From Escherichia coli (GTDB taxonomy: Bacteria > Pseudomonadota > Gammaproteobacteria > Enterobacterales > Enterobacteriaceae), in NCBI RefSeq assembly GCF_013315695.1, contig NZ_CP054353.1: DNA of 64,000 nt, one strand, 5' to 3'. This document shows positions 49,445 to 59,536 of the stretch, in pieces. Position numbers and translations under genes: made by a program. A model generated the notes under the pieces. It searched no databases, was not told the DNA's origin, and worked only from the letters and a program-made list of their open reading frames with translations. Numbering within the stretch: position 1 is the first letter of the stretch; every line of letters starts with the position of its first letter.

Positions 49445-51124
49445 GTGAACAAAATATTTTCCTCACATGTGATGCCTTTCCGCGCTCTGATCGACGCTTG
49501 CTGGAAAGAAAAATATACTGCCGCACGGTTTACCCGTGACCTGATTGCCGGGATAACCGTCGGGATTATTGCTATCCCGCTGGCAATGGCGTTGGCTATT
49601 GGTAGTGGTGTGGCACCCCAGTACGGTTTATATACCGCAGCCGTTGCGGGGATTGTCATTGCTCTGACGGGTGGGTCACGCTTTAGCGTTTCCGGTCCGA
49701 CTGCGGCATTTGTGGTAATTCTCTATCCCGTTTCGCAACAGTTTGGACTGGCAGGACTGCTGGTTGCGACCTTGCTGTCGGGGATCTTTTTGATTCTGAT
49801 GGGGCTGGCACGCTTTGGGCGCCTGATTGAGTATATTCCGGTTTCCGTCACCTTAGGTTTCACCTCGGGTATCGGGATCACCATCGGTACCATGCAGATT
49901 AAAGATTTTCTCGGTCTGCAAATGGCCCATGTCCCGGAACATTATCTACAAAAAGTCGGCGCATTATTTATGGCGCTGCCGACCATTAATGTGGGTGATG
50001 CAGCCATTGGCATTGTGACGCTTGGCATTCTGGTTTTCTGGCCGCGTCTGGGCATTCGTTTGCCTGGTCACCTTCCGGCCTTGCTGGCTGGTTGCGCGGT
50101 GATGGGGATTGTTAACCTGCTCGGCGGACATGTTGCTACCATCGGTTCGCAATTCCACTACGTTCTGGCCGATGGTTCTCAGGGTAACGGTATTCCGCAA
50201 TTGCTGCCACAACTGGTGCTGCCGTGGGATCTACCTGATTCAGAATTCACGCTAACCTGGGATTCTATTCGCACACTGCTGCCTGCGGCATTCTCAATGG
50301 CAATGCTCGGCGCAATCGAATCTCTGCTCTGCGCCGTGGTGCTGGATGGTATGACCGGGACGAAACACAAGGCGAACAGCGAACTGGTTGGACAGGGATT
50401 GGGGAATATCATCGCCCCGTTCTTTGGTGGTATTACCGCTACAGCTGCCATCGCGCGCTCTGCCGCTAACGTCCGTGCCGGGGCAACTTCCCCTATCTCG
50501 GCGGTGATCCACTCTATTCTGGTTATTCTTGCCCTGCTGGTACTGGCACCGCTGCTCTCCTGGCTGCCGCTTTCCGCCATGGCTGCCCTGCTGTTGATGG
50601 TGGCGTGGAACATGAGTGAAGCGCACAAAGTGGTCGACTTGCTGCGTCATGCACCGAAAGATGACATCATTGTCATGCTGTTGTGCATGTCGCTGACCGT
50701 GCTGTTTGATATGGTTATTGCCATCAGCGTGGGGATCGTGCTGGCATCGCTGCTGTTTATGCGTCGTATCGCACGTATGACTCGCCTGGCACCGGTAGTC
50801 GTAGATGTTCCAGACGATGTCCTGGTACTGCGCGTTATTGGCCCGCTGTTTTTTGCTGCTGCTGAAGGCTTATTCACAGACCTGGAGTCACGTCTTGAAG
50901 GCAAACGGATTGTGATTCTGAAGTGGGATGCCGTTCCGGTACTTGATGCTGGTGGTCTTGATGCGTTCCAGCGTTTTGTGAAGCGTCTACCCGAAGGATG
51001 TGAACTGCGCGTGTGCAACGTGGAATTCCAGCCACTGCGCACGATGGCTCGCGCAGGCATTCAACCGATCCCGGGCCGCCTTGCTTTCTTCCCGAATCGT
51101 CGCGCGGCGATGGCGGATTTATAA
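49445..51124 (+). CDS. dauA: C4-dicarboxylic acid transporter DauA (SulP family, STAS domain)
   Basis: 559 aa; SulP membrane domain plus C-terminal STAS domain. Confidence 0.9.
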   Translation: MNKIFSSHVMPFRALIDACWKEKYTAARFTRDLIAGITVGIIAIPLAMALAIGSGVAPQYGLYTAAVAGIVIALTGGSRFSVSGPTAAFVVILYPVSQQFGLAGLLVATLLSGIFLILMGLARFGRLIEYIPVSVTLGFTSGIGITIGTMQIKDFLGLQMAHVPEHYLQKVGALFMALPTINVGDAAIGIVTLGILVFWPRLGIRLPGHLPALLAGCAVMGIVNLLGGHVATIGSQFHYVLADGSQGNGIPQLLPQLVLPWDLPDSEFTLTWDSIRTLLPAAFSMAMLGAIESLLCAVVLDGMTGTKHKANSELVGQGLGNIIAPFFGGITATAAIARSAANVRAGATSPISAVIHSILVILALLVLAPLLSWLPLSAMAALLLMVAWNMSEAHKVVDLLRHAPKDDIIVMLLCMSLTVLFDMVIAISVGIVLASLLFMRRIARMTRLAPVVVDVPDDVLVLRVIGPLFFAAAEGLFTDLESRLEGKRIVILKWDAVPVLDAGGLDAFQRFVKRLPEGCELRVCNVEFQPLRTMARAGIQPIPGRLAFFPNRRAAMADL

Positions 51125-51178
51125 GTACGAGATTGACCAGTCAGAGCAAACTGACTGGTCAGTAAACTGCAGTATTTG

Positions 51179-51457
51179 TTAGCTATGACGGCGATTATCG
51201 CTACGGCGGCAACGTTTGTCATAGTGGCGAACCCACCAGTAACGGTCGCACACCTGTTCATGCCCGCCAACACGGGCACCCGCCAGCCAGAGAATGGCAC
51301 CGACGAAAATACTTAGCACTGCACCATGTGAGAAATACTGGGGCATATTAAACTGTGGTAACTGGTTGAGGATTGAATACCCCACACCGACCACCATTAC
51401 CACCAGACCCAACCCCATGAGCACGTTACCGAGTAACGAAGCGTTTTTGCGTTTCAT
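51179..51457 (-). CDS. ychH: small inner membrane protein YchH
   Basis: 92 aa with two hydrophobic segments; conserved position between dauA and pth. Confidence 0.8.
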   Translation of the reverse strand: MKRKNASLLGNVLMGLGLVVMVVGVGYSILNQLPQFNMPQYFSHGAVLSIFVGAILWLAGARVGGHEQVCDRYWWVRHYDKRCRRSDNRRHS

Positions 51458-51734
51458 ATGTCACCTCCGGAACTTTCTGGGTTGTAACAGGGAATACCCC
51501 TCTTCCTTATGTGTAAAGTATAGACAACACCCTGTGGGTTATGTGCGGGCGTGATCACAATTACAACCCTTATTTCAACAAAACTTTACAAATAAACGCC
51601 TGAACACCTTGGCTTTCTAATAGTCCACTCAGGCAATTATTGCGTTATCTGCATTTGATACGCAGTTTTTTGTCAAGCGGGGCCGCAACCAGTAAACTAC
51701 GCGCCAGTTATGTACACACTCAGGACAAAAAAAC

Positions 51735-52319
51735 GTGACGATTAAATTGATTGTCGGCCTGGCGAACCCCGGCGCTGAATACGCCGCAACGCGACATAAT
51801 GCTGGTGCCTGGTTCGTTGACTTACTGGCAGAGCGATTGCGCGCTCCGCTGCGCGAAGAGGCTAAATTCTTTGGTTATACTTCGCGAGTCACCCTTGGAG
51901 GCGAAGATGTCCGCCTGTTAGTCCCGACTACATTTATGAATCTCAGCGGCAAAGCCGTTGCGGCGATGGCCAGTTTTTTCCGTATTAATCCGGACGAAAT
52001 TCTGGTGGCCCACGACGAACTGGATCTGCCTCCTGGCGTCGCCAAATTTAAGTTGGGCGGTGGCCATGGTGGTCACAATGGACTGAAAGACATCATCAGT
52101 AAATTGGGTAATAACCCTAACTTTCACCGTTTACGCATCGGAATTGGTCATCCAGGCGATAAAAATAAAGTTGTCGGTTTTGTGTTAGGCAAACCGCCTG
52201 TTAGTGAACAGAAGTTAATTGATGAAGCCATCGACGAAGCGGCACGTTGTACTGAAATGTGGTTTACAGATGGCTTGACCAAAGCAACGAACCGATTGCA
52301 CGCCTTTAAAGCGCAATAA
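51735..52319 (+). CDS. pth: peptidyl-tRNA hydrolase
   Basis: 194 aa, [32 protein letters not shown]... Confidence 0.94.
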
Positions 52320-52435
52320 GTCGTTGTCTGCGGCATTTTTGCCGAGTGCCGTGTATAATAGGCAAAGTTATTTCCATTTCTGCAATCTGTTAGCAATAAC
52401 AGGTTGATTATTAAGATATTAAGGTGATTTAAATC

Positions 52436-53527
52436 ATGGGATTCAAATGCGGTATCGTCGGTTTGCCCAACGTCGGGAAATCTACCCTGTTCAACGCGCT
52501 GACCAAAGCCGGTATTGAAGCGGCCAACTTTCCATTCTGTACCATTGAGCCGAACACAGGCGTCGTACCAATGCCTGACCCTCGCCTGGATCAACTGGCT
52601 GAAATCGTAAAACCGCAGCGTACGCTTCCCACGACCATGGAATTTGTCGATATCGCCGGTCTGGTAAAAGGCGCATCGAAAGGCGAAGGTCTGGGTAACC
52701 AGTTCCTGACCAACATCCGTGAAACCGAAGCGATCGGTCACGTTGTTCGCTGCTTTGAAAATGACAACATCATTCACGTTTCCGGCAAAGTTAACCCGGC
52801 GGATGATATTGAAGTTATCAACACCGAACTGGCGCTGGCGGATCTCGACACCTGTGAACGTGCGATTCATCGCGTACAGAAGAAAGCCAAAGGTGGCGAT
52901 AAAGACGCGAAAGCTGAGCTGGCGGTCCTGGAAAAATGCCTGCCCCAGCTGGAAAACGCAGGTATGCTGCGCGCGCTGGATTTAAGCGCTGAAGAGAAAG
53001 CGGCTATTCGTTACCTGAGCTTCCTGACGCTGAAACCAACAATGTACATCGCCAACGTCAACGAAGACGGTTTTGAAAACAACCCGTATCTTGACCAGGT
53101 GCGTGAAATCGCGGCGAAAGAAGGTTCTGTTGTGGTTCCGGTTTGTGCTGCTGTTGAAGCAGACATTGCCGAACTGGACGACGAAGAACGTGACGAGTTT
53201 ATGCAGGAGCTTGGGCTGGAAGAGCCGGGCCTGAACCGTGTGATCCGTGCCGGTTATAAGCTGCTGAACCTGCAAACTTACTTCACCGCTGGGGTGAAAG
53301 AAGTACGTGCATGGACCATTCCGGTTGGTGCAACCGCGCCGCAGGCCGCTGGCAAAATCCATACTGATTTTGAAAAAGGCTTTATCCGTGCACAAACCAT
53401 CTCGTTTGAAGATTTCATCACTTACAAAGGTGAACAAGGCGCGAAAGAAGCAGGCAAAATGCGTGCAGAAGGCAAAGATTACATCGTTAAAGATGGCGAT
53501 GTAATGAACTTCCTGTTCAACGTCTAA
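52436..53527 (+). CDS. ychF: ribosome-binding ATPase YchF (Obg-family GTPase)
   Basis: 363 aa; G1 motif [16 protein letters not shown]-terminal TGS domain. Confidence 0.94.
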
Positions 53528-53718
53528 TTCCGCTAATACTACTCTGGCGGTTAATAACGAGCCATTATGTGAGTTGCACGTAATGGCTTTTTTACGCCTG
53601 CTACGCGTCTTCTTTCAATTCTGAGTTACCAAAACTCATAATCAGACTCCTGACAATATTAACAATGCAGCTTTTATGTGATAACAATCACAGTGCATTA
53701 ACCGTTCAAGAGTTTGTC

Positions 53719-53895
53719 ATGAAAAAAACATTTACCTTCAGCCTGTTAGCAATTGTCTTTGCAAGCCTGTTGAGTGCTTGTGTTCCCCACCATCATCACC
53801 GCCACAGCGATGGCCCTCGTGGTCCTGCGCCCTCCGGTAAGCCAATGCCACCTTCAAATGGTGGACCAAATCACGGCAGTCATGGTCGCTATTAA
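53719..53895 (+). CDS. hypothetical small lipoprotein, His/Pro/Gly-rich (58 aa)
   Basis: ORF 53665..53895; ATG at 53719 preceded by AAGAG at -8; MKKTFTFSLLAIVFASLLSAC signal peptide with lipobox LSAC; mature part CVPHHHHRHSDGPRGPAPSGKPMPPSNGGPNHGSHGRY. Product not recognised. Confidence 0.5.
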   Translation: MKKTFTFSLLAIVFASLLSACVPHHHHRHSDGPRGPAPSGKPMPPSNGGPNHGSHGRY

Positions 53896-53931
53896 TTAGC
53901 AATTCATAGCGGGAAAGTACATACTCTCCCG

Positions 53932-55851
53932 CTATCCACGGCGCTTAAACTGCCCTGCATCAATGCCATGTTGCTTCATTTTCCGCCACAGCGTAGTGCG
54001 GCCGATTCCAAGTAAAGCCGACATTTCCTGAATGCGACCGCCTGTGACCTGGGCTGCGTTAATAATTGCCTCTTTTTCAACTTCCGCAAATGACAGACTG
54101 GTGGAAAGACGGGTGGCGCTGACATCATCTGTCGCCTGCTCGGTAAACAGATGTTCAGGTAAATCACTGACGCGAATGCGCCCGTTATCACTACTCAGAG
54201 CAAGATTCTCGATGACGCTGTAAAGTTCAAAATCGTTGCCTGGCCATGCACAAGAAACCAGGCGAGCGAGGGCATCGTCATCAATTTTCAGCCGCGTAGA
54301 GAAGCGTTTTTCAAGGCTGCGTAATTTGTTATTCACCAGCGCCGGAATGCTGCCACGCCGCATACGCAGTGGCGGGATGGTAATTTCAAATGCATGCAGC
54401 GCGTAATACAGCTGGCGACTAAAACGATTTTGTTCCACCAGCATTGCCAGGTCCGCGGTCGTTGTGGCAATCACTTTGACATCAATGGGTATTAAACGCC
54501 GCGCATCCAGTCGCGTGATAACCCCCTGCTTGATAACCTGAAGCAAAGCAGACTGTAACTCCACCGCCAGATATTCAATCTTTTCAAGAAACAGCGTGCC
54601 GCCGTGCGCCAGTTCCAGCCGACTCAGACGACCATTTTCATTGTCCGTGCGATCGCCGCCAATAAATTCTTCCGCCAGCGCCGCATCACCATATAACTCA
54701 CAATTGACGGCGATATAAGGCCCCGCTGCACGCTCACTTTCATTATGAATTGCCTGACTTAGCAGTGCCTTGCCCACGCCCTCTTCTCCACAAAGCAGGA
54801 CAGGAAGGCTACTGCGCGCCGCCTGGCGACCAAAATGAATCAAGCGGCGGGTTTGCGGATCGTCCTGTGGCATATGAGCGAAAGTATGGCTGACTTTTCC
54901 TAATTGACTGGTCATTAACTGCCGCATCTGTTCCACAGGATGGAGCAACAAAATAAAGCTGGTTCCCTGCGTTTCTATTATCGGTTTAAGGGTTATCACC
55001 GCATCAATAAACTGGTGCTGACTTTCAAAGGTTGCTTCTACGTGTTTGAGCGGATGTGCCTGTTTTATTGCTTGTTGCAATACGGCGGGTAACGTTAAGA
55101 GTTCAGTGATCGCCCTTCCCTGACTTGCCGTCGCGTCAAGGCGCAAGACCCGCGCCGCCTGGGCATTGATAAATTGCAAATTACCCTGCTCGTCCCAGCT
55201 AATCACACCATCATCCATACTTTCTAACAGGGCATTAAGTTGATTTAAATGACGGTTAGTTTCAGCGAGCAAACTGTCCGTCAGCAGTAAATTTCCGACC
55301 TCGCGTGCGATTGCCAACGTCAACGGCAAATCAGCTGCGGTAGTTTGCTCAACCGGACACGCCAGCGCTATTGTTCCCGTCAATCGGCCCTTGCTGTCAA
55401 ACAACGGCGTTGCACAAAAGGCCCAGTTCCAGAGTGCCTGTTTGAAATGTTGATCGGCCATCGTTTTCACGGCCTGACCAGAGATAGCCGCTAATGATAG
55501 CGCACAAGTACCAATAATTCCCTCGGCGCAATACGTGCCGTCATTGAATCCCAGTGCACTTAGCTGCTGCAAGGTTTGCGGATCGCCATTACGGCTGAGA
55601 ATGCAGGCGGTTTCATCGAGGATAAGCAACGCACACTCTCGCGGTGCCATATATTCCCAGGCATCTTCCAGCGCAGCCTGCCCGAGCGTCAGCATCGCTT
55701 TCTTACGCCGATAAATAGAAGCAAATGTCACGCCCTGGGCCTGGTGTGGTACGTTCCATGTCTCCCGTTTCATCAGCTTAATGCATCGCTCCCAGGAGGT
55801 TGCAATTAAGGGAGATATGTCCCGACCATCGTTGTTAAAAGCGCCACTCAT
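53932..55851 (-). CDS. dhaR: dihydroxyacetone kinase operon activator DhaR (sigma54-type EBP-like AAA+ regulator)
   Basis: ORF 53932..55860; start at MSGAFNNDGR gives 639 aa; GAF/PAS N-terminal region, AAA+ core, C-terminal Fis-type HTH. Confidence 0.92.
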   Translation of the reverse strand: MSGAFNNDGRDISPLIATSWERCIKLMKRETWNVPHQAQGVTFASIYRRKKAMLTLGQAALEDAWEYMAPRECALLILDETACILSRNGDPQTLQQLSALGFNDGTYCAEGIIGTCALSLAAISGQAVKTMADQHFKQALWNWAFCATPLFDSKGRLTGTIALACPVEQTTAADLPLTLAIAREVGNLLLTDSLLAETNRHLNQLNALLESMDDGVISWDEQGNLQFINAQAARVLRLDATASQGRAITELLTLPAVLQQAIKQAHPLKHVEATFESQHQFIDAVITLKPIIETQGTSFILLLHPVEQMRQLMTSQLGKVSHTFAHMPQDDPQTRRLIHFGRQAARSSLPVLLCGEEGVGKALLSQAIHNESERAAGPYIAVNCELYGDAALAEEFIGGDRTDNENGRLSRLELAHGGTLFLEKIEYLAVELQSALLQVIKQGVITRLDARRLIPIDVKVIATTTADLAMLVEQNRFSRQLYYALHAFEITIPPLRMRRGSIPALVNNKLRSLEKRFSTRLKIDDDALARLVSCAWPGNDFELYSVIENLALSSDNGRIRVSDLPEHLFTEQATDDVSATRLSTSLSFAEVEKEAIINAAQVTGGRIQEMSALLGIGRTTLWRKMKQHGIDAGQFKRRG

Positions 55852-56078
55852 ATCCCGCATCCCTTATGACAAAAGGTGTTCCGGCTCGCAATTTTAAGTA
55901 TTAATACACGTAAAAGTTTCAATATGGAACATTCATTAAAGAATATGTTTCACTATGAAACATAATTTGGGCTAATTTTCTTTTCCCTTGCCTGATGCAC
56001 AATGGATTCATCGGCAGTCAGTGGTCGCCGTGTCGTTGAACATCATCCATGCCCTACCGTAATTGCTGGAGCAAAATA

Positions 56079-57149
56079 ATGAAAAAATTGATCAATGATG
56101 TGCAAGACGTACTGGACGAACAACTGGCAGGACTAGCGAAAGCGCATCCATCGCTGACACTGCACCAGGATCCGGTGTATGTCACCCGAGCTGATGCCCC
56201 CGTTGCAGGTAAAGTCGCCCTGCTGTCGGGTGGCGGCAGCGGACACGAGCCGATGCACTGTGGCTATATCGGTCAGGGGATGCTTTCGGGAGCCTGTCCG
56301 GGCGAAATTTTCACCTCACCGACGCCCGATAAAATCTTTGAATGCGCCATGCAAATTGATGGCGGCGAAGGTGTACTGTTGATTATCAAAAATTACACCG
56401 GCGATATTCTTAACTTCGAAACAGCAACCGAGTTACTGCACGATAGCGGCGTAAAAGTGACCACTGTGGTCATTGATGACGACGTTGCAGTAAAAGACAG
56501 TCTTTATACCGCCGGGCGGCGCGGCGTTGCCAACACCGTATTAATTGAAAAACTCGTAGGTGCAGCGGCGGAGCGTGGCGACTCACTGGACGCCTGTGCG
56601 GAACTGGGGCGTAAGTTGAATAATCAAGGCCATTCAATAGGTATCGCTCTCGGTGCCTGTGCTGTTCCTGCCGCGGGCAAACCTTCTTTTACCCTGGCGG
56701 ATAATGAGATGGAATTTGGCGTCGGCATTCATGGTGAGCCAGGTATTGACCGCCGCCCCTTCTCTTCCCTTGATCAAACCGTCGATGAAATGTTCGACAC
56801 CCTGCTGGAAAATGGCTCATACCATCGCACTTTGCGTTTCTGGGATTATCAACAAGGCAGCTGGCAGGAAGAACCACAAACCAAACAACCGCTCCAGTCT
56901 GGCGATCGGGTGATTGCGCTGGTTAACAATCTTGGCGCAACTCCGCTTTCTGAGCTGTACGGCGTCTATAACCGCCTGACCACACGTTGCCAGCAAGCGG
57001 GATTGACTATCGAACGTAATTTAATTGGCGCGTACTGCACCTCACTGGATATGACCGGTTTCTCAATCACCTTACTGAAAGTTGATGACGAAACGCTGGC
57101 ACTCTGGGACGCCCCGGTCCACACCCCGGCCCTTAACTGGGGTAAATAA
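56079..57149 (+). CDS. dhaK: PTS-dependent dihydroxyacetone kinase, DHA-binding subunit DhaK
   Basis: ORF 56049..57149; start at MKKLINDVQDVLDEQ gives 356 aa. Confidence 0.93.
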   Translation: MKKLINDVQDVLDEQLAGLAKAHPSLTLHQDPVYVTRADAPVAGKVALLSGGGSGHEPMHCGYIGQGMLSGACPGEIFTSPTPDKIFECAMQIDGGEGVLLIIKNYTGDILNFETATELLHDSGVKVTTVVIDDDVAVKDSLYTAGRRGVANTVLIEKLVGAAAERGDSLDACAELGRKLNNQGHSIGIALGACAVPAAGKPSFTLADNEMEFGVGIHGEPGIDRRPFSSLDQTVDEMFDTLLENGSYHRTLRFWDYQQGSWQEEPQTKQPLQSGDRVIALVNNLGATPLSELYGVYNRLTTRCQQAGLTIERNLIGAYCTSLDMTGFSITLLKVDDETLALWDAPVHTPALNWGK

Positions 57150-57159
57150 GGAGATAGCT

Positions 57160-57792
57160 ATGTCACTGAGCAGAACTCAAATTGTTAACTGGCTCACTCG
57201 TTGTGGCGATATTTTCAGCACCGAGAGCGAGTATCTTACCGGACTGGATCGCGAAATTGGCGACGCTGACCACGGGCTAAATATGAACCGAGGCTTTAGC
57301 AAAGTGGTGGAAAAACTCCCTGCTATCGCAGATAAAGATATCGGTTTCATTCTTAAGAATACCGGTATGACGCTACTTTCCAGCGTCGGAGGTGCCAGTG
57401 GTCCGCTGTTCGGTACCTTCTTTATCCGCGCCGCACAGGCGACCCAGGCACGGCAAAGCCTGACGCTGGAAGAGCTTTATCAGATGTTCCGCGATGGCGC
57501 GGACGGCGTAATCAGTCGCGGTAAAGCCGAACCTGGCGATAAAACCATGTGTGATGTCTGGGTGTCGGTGGTGGAATCGTTACGTCAGTCCTGCGAGCAA
57601 AATCTTTCTGTTCCGGCGGCCCTCGACACTGCCAGTAGCATCGCCGAATCCGCTGCACAAAGTACGATTACGATGCAAGCCCGCAAAGGCCGCGCCAGTT
57701 ATCTCGGTGAACGCAGTATTGGTCACCAGGATCCCGGCGCGACCTCGGTGATGTTTATGATGCAAATGTTGGCGTTAGCCGCAAAAGAGTAA
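57160..57792 (+). CDS. dhaL: PTS-dependent dihydroxyacetone kinase, ADP-binding subunit DhaL
   Basis: ORF 57082..57792; start at MSLSRTQIVNWL after AGGAGATAG gives 210 aa. Confidence 0.93.
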   Translation: MSLSRTQIVNWLTRCGDIFSTESEYLTGLDREIGDADHGLNMNRGFSKVVEKLPAIADKDIGFILKNTGMTLLSSVGGASGPLFGTFFIRAAQATQARQSLTLEELYQMFRDGADGVISRGKAEPGDKTMCDVWVSVVESLRQSCEQNLSVPAALDTASSIAESAAQSTITMQARKGRASYLGERSIGHQDPGATSVMFMMQMLALAAKE

Positions 57793-57802
57793 GGAATTGG
57801 TG

Positions 57803-59221
57803 ATGGTAAACCTGGTCATAGTTTCACATAGCAGCCGACTGGGAGAAGGTGTCGGTGAACTAGCCCGTCAGATGTTAATGGGTGATATTTGTAAAATCGC
57901 CATTGCCGCGGGAATTGACGATCCACAAAATCCCATTGGTACCGATGCCGTCAAAGTGATGGAGGCCATCGAATCTGTTGCTGATGCCGACCATGTGCTG
58001 GTCATGATGGATATGGGTAGCGCATTATTGAGTGCTGAAACTGCGCTGGAATTGCTGGCTCCCGAGATCGCCGCAAAAGTACGTTTGTGTGCTGCGCCGT
58101 TGGTCGAAGGTACACTGGCAGCAACGGTCAGCGCGGCCTCGGGGGCGGATATCGACAAAGTCATCTTTGACGCCATGCATGCCCTGGAAGCCAAACGTGA
58201 ACAACTGGGTTTACCGTCCTCCGACACTGAAATCTCTGACACATGTCCTCCGTACGATGAAGAAGCCCGTTCTCTGTCGGTGGTCATAAAAAACCGTAAC
58301 GGCCTGCATGTACGTCCGGCCTCCCGGCTGGTTTATACCTTATCGACATTTAATGCCGATATGTTGCTGGAGAAAAACGGCAAATGCGTTACACCGGAGA
58401 GTATTAACCAGATTGCGTTACTACAAGTTCGCTATAACGATACGCTGCGCCTGATTGCGAAAGGACCAGAAGCTGAAGAGGCACTGATCGCTTTCCGTCA
58501 GCTGGCTGAAGATAACTTTGGTGAAACGGAGGAAGTTGCTCCACCTACTCTGCGTCCCGTTCCGCCTGTTTCGGGTAAAGCCTTTTATTATCAACCTGTT
58601 TTATGTACGGTACAGGCAAAATCAACCCTGACCGTGGAAGAAGAACAAGAACGATTACGCCAGGCCATTGACTTCACGTTATTAGATCTGATGACGTTAA
58701 CAGCGAAAGCAGAAACCAGCGGGCTTGACGATATTGCCGCAATCTTTTCTGGTCACCATACACTGTTAGATGATCCGGAACTGCAGGCGGCGGCAAGCGA
58801 ACTCCTTCAGCATGAACATTGCACGGCAGAATATGCCTGGCAGCACGTTCTTAAAGAACTTAGCCAGCAATACCAACAACTGGATGATGAATATCTACAG
58901 GCTCGCTATATCGATGTGGACGATCTTCTGCATCGCACCCTGGTCCACCTGACCCAAACGAAAGAAGAACTCCCGCAGTTTAACTCGCCAACTATTCTAC
59001 TGGCGGAGAACATTTATCCCTCCACAGTACTGCAACTGGATCCAGCAGTTGTAAAAGGTATCTGCCTTAGCGCCGGAAGTCCGCTATCCCACAGTGCCCT
59101 GATCGCCCGTGAACTAGGGATTGGCTGGATTTGCCAGCAGGGTGAGAAACTGTATGCGATACAACCAGAAGAAACGCTAACGCTGGACGTTAAAACGCAA
59201 CGTTTCAACCGTCAGGGTTAA
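57803..59221 (+). CDS. dhaM: PTS-dependent dihydroxyacetone kinase, phosphotransferase subunit DhaM (EIIA-HPr-EI fusion)
   Basis: ORF 57797..59221; start at MVNLVIVSHSSRLGEG gives 472 aa. Confidence 0.93.
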   Translation: MVNLVIVSHSSRLGEGVGELARQMLMGDICKIAIAAGIDDPQNPIGTDAVKVMEAIESVADADHVLVMMDMGSALLSAETALELLAPEIAAKVRLCAAPLVEGTLAATVSAASGADIDKVIFDAMHALEAKREQLGLPSSDTEISDTCPPYDEEARSLSVVIKNRNGLHVRPASRLVYTLSTFNADMLLEKNGKCVTPESINQIALLQVRYNDTLRLIAKGPEAEEALIAFRQLAEDNFGETEEVAPPTLRPVPPVSGKAFYYQPVLCTVQAKSTLTVEEEQERLRQAIDFTLLDLMTLTAKAETSGLDDIAAIFSGHHTLLDDPELQAAASELLQHEHCTAEYAWQHVLKELSQQYQQLDDEYLQARYIDVDDLLHRTLVHLTQTKEELPQFNSPTILLAENIYPSTVLQLDPAVVKGICLSAGSPLSHSALIARELGIGWICQQGEKLYAIQPEETLTLDVKTQRFNRQG

Positions 59222-59536
59222 ACCACCGTTCGGATGGCATCATTCTGATGTCATCCGGCAATTTACTCTGCACTGATGTTTTTAACTACCTGTTATATTT
59301 TTCACCAAATTATGATGATTTTTCTTCGCTAATCGCGAACCCAACGTCGCTGGCTGGCTAATAAACAGACGTTATTTAATCACTCTATTTCGCCGTTATT
59401 TATCCCTTTAATTCCCTTTTCTAAAATGCCTGTCAGTTCGCAGAATGTGATTTCGATCATGCAGCTAGTGCGATCCTGAACTAAGGTTTTCTGATACTTG
59501 AATACCGTTTTATTCGGTTTCGCCAAAGGAGAATGA

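Noticed and set aside
52148-53437. Minus-strand ORFs (240 aa, 151 aa) overlapping ychF
   Set aside because: Antisense to ychF; no recognisable domains or start signals.
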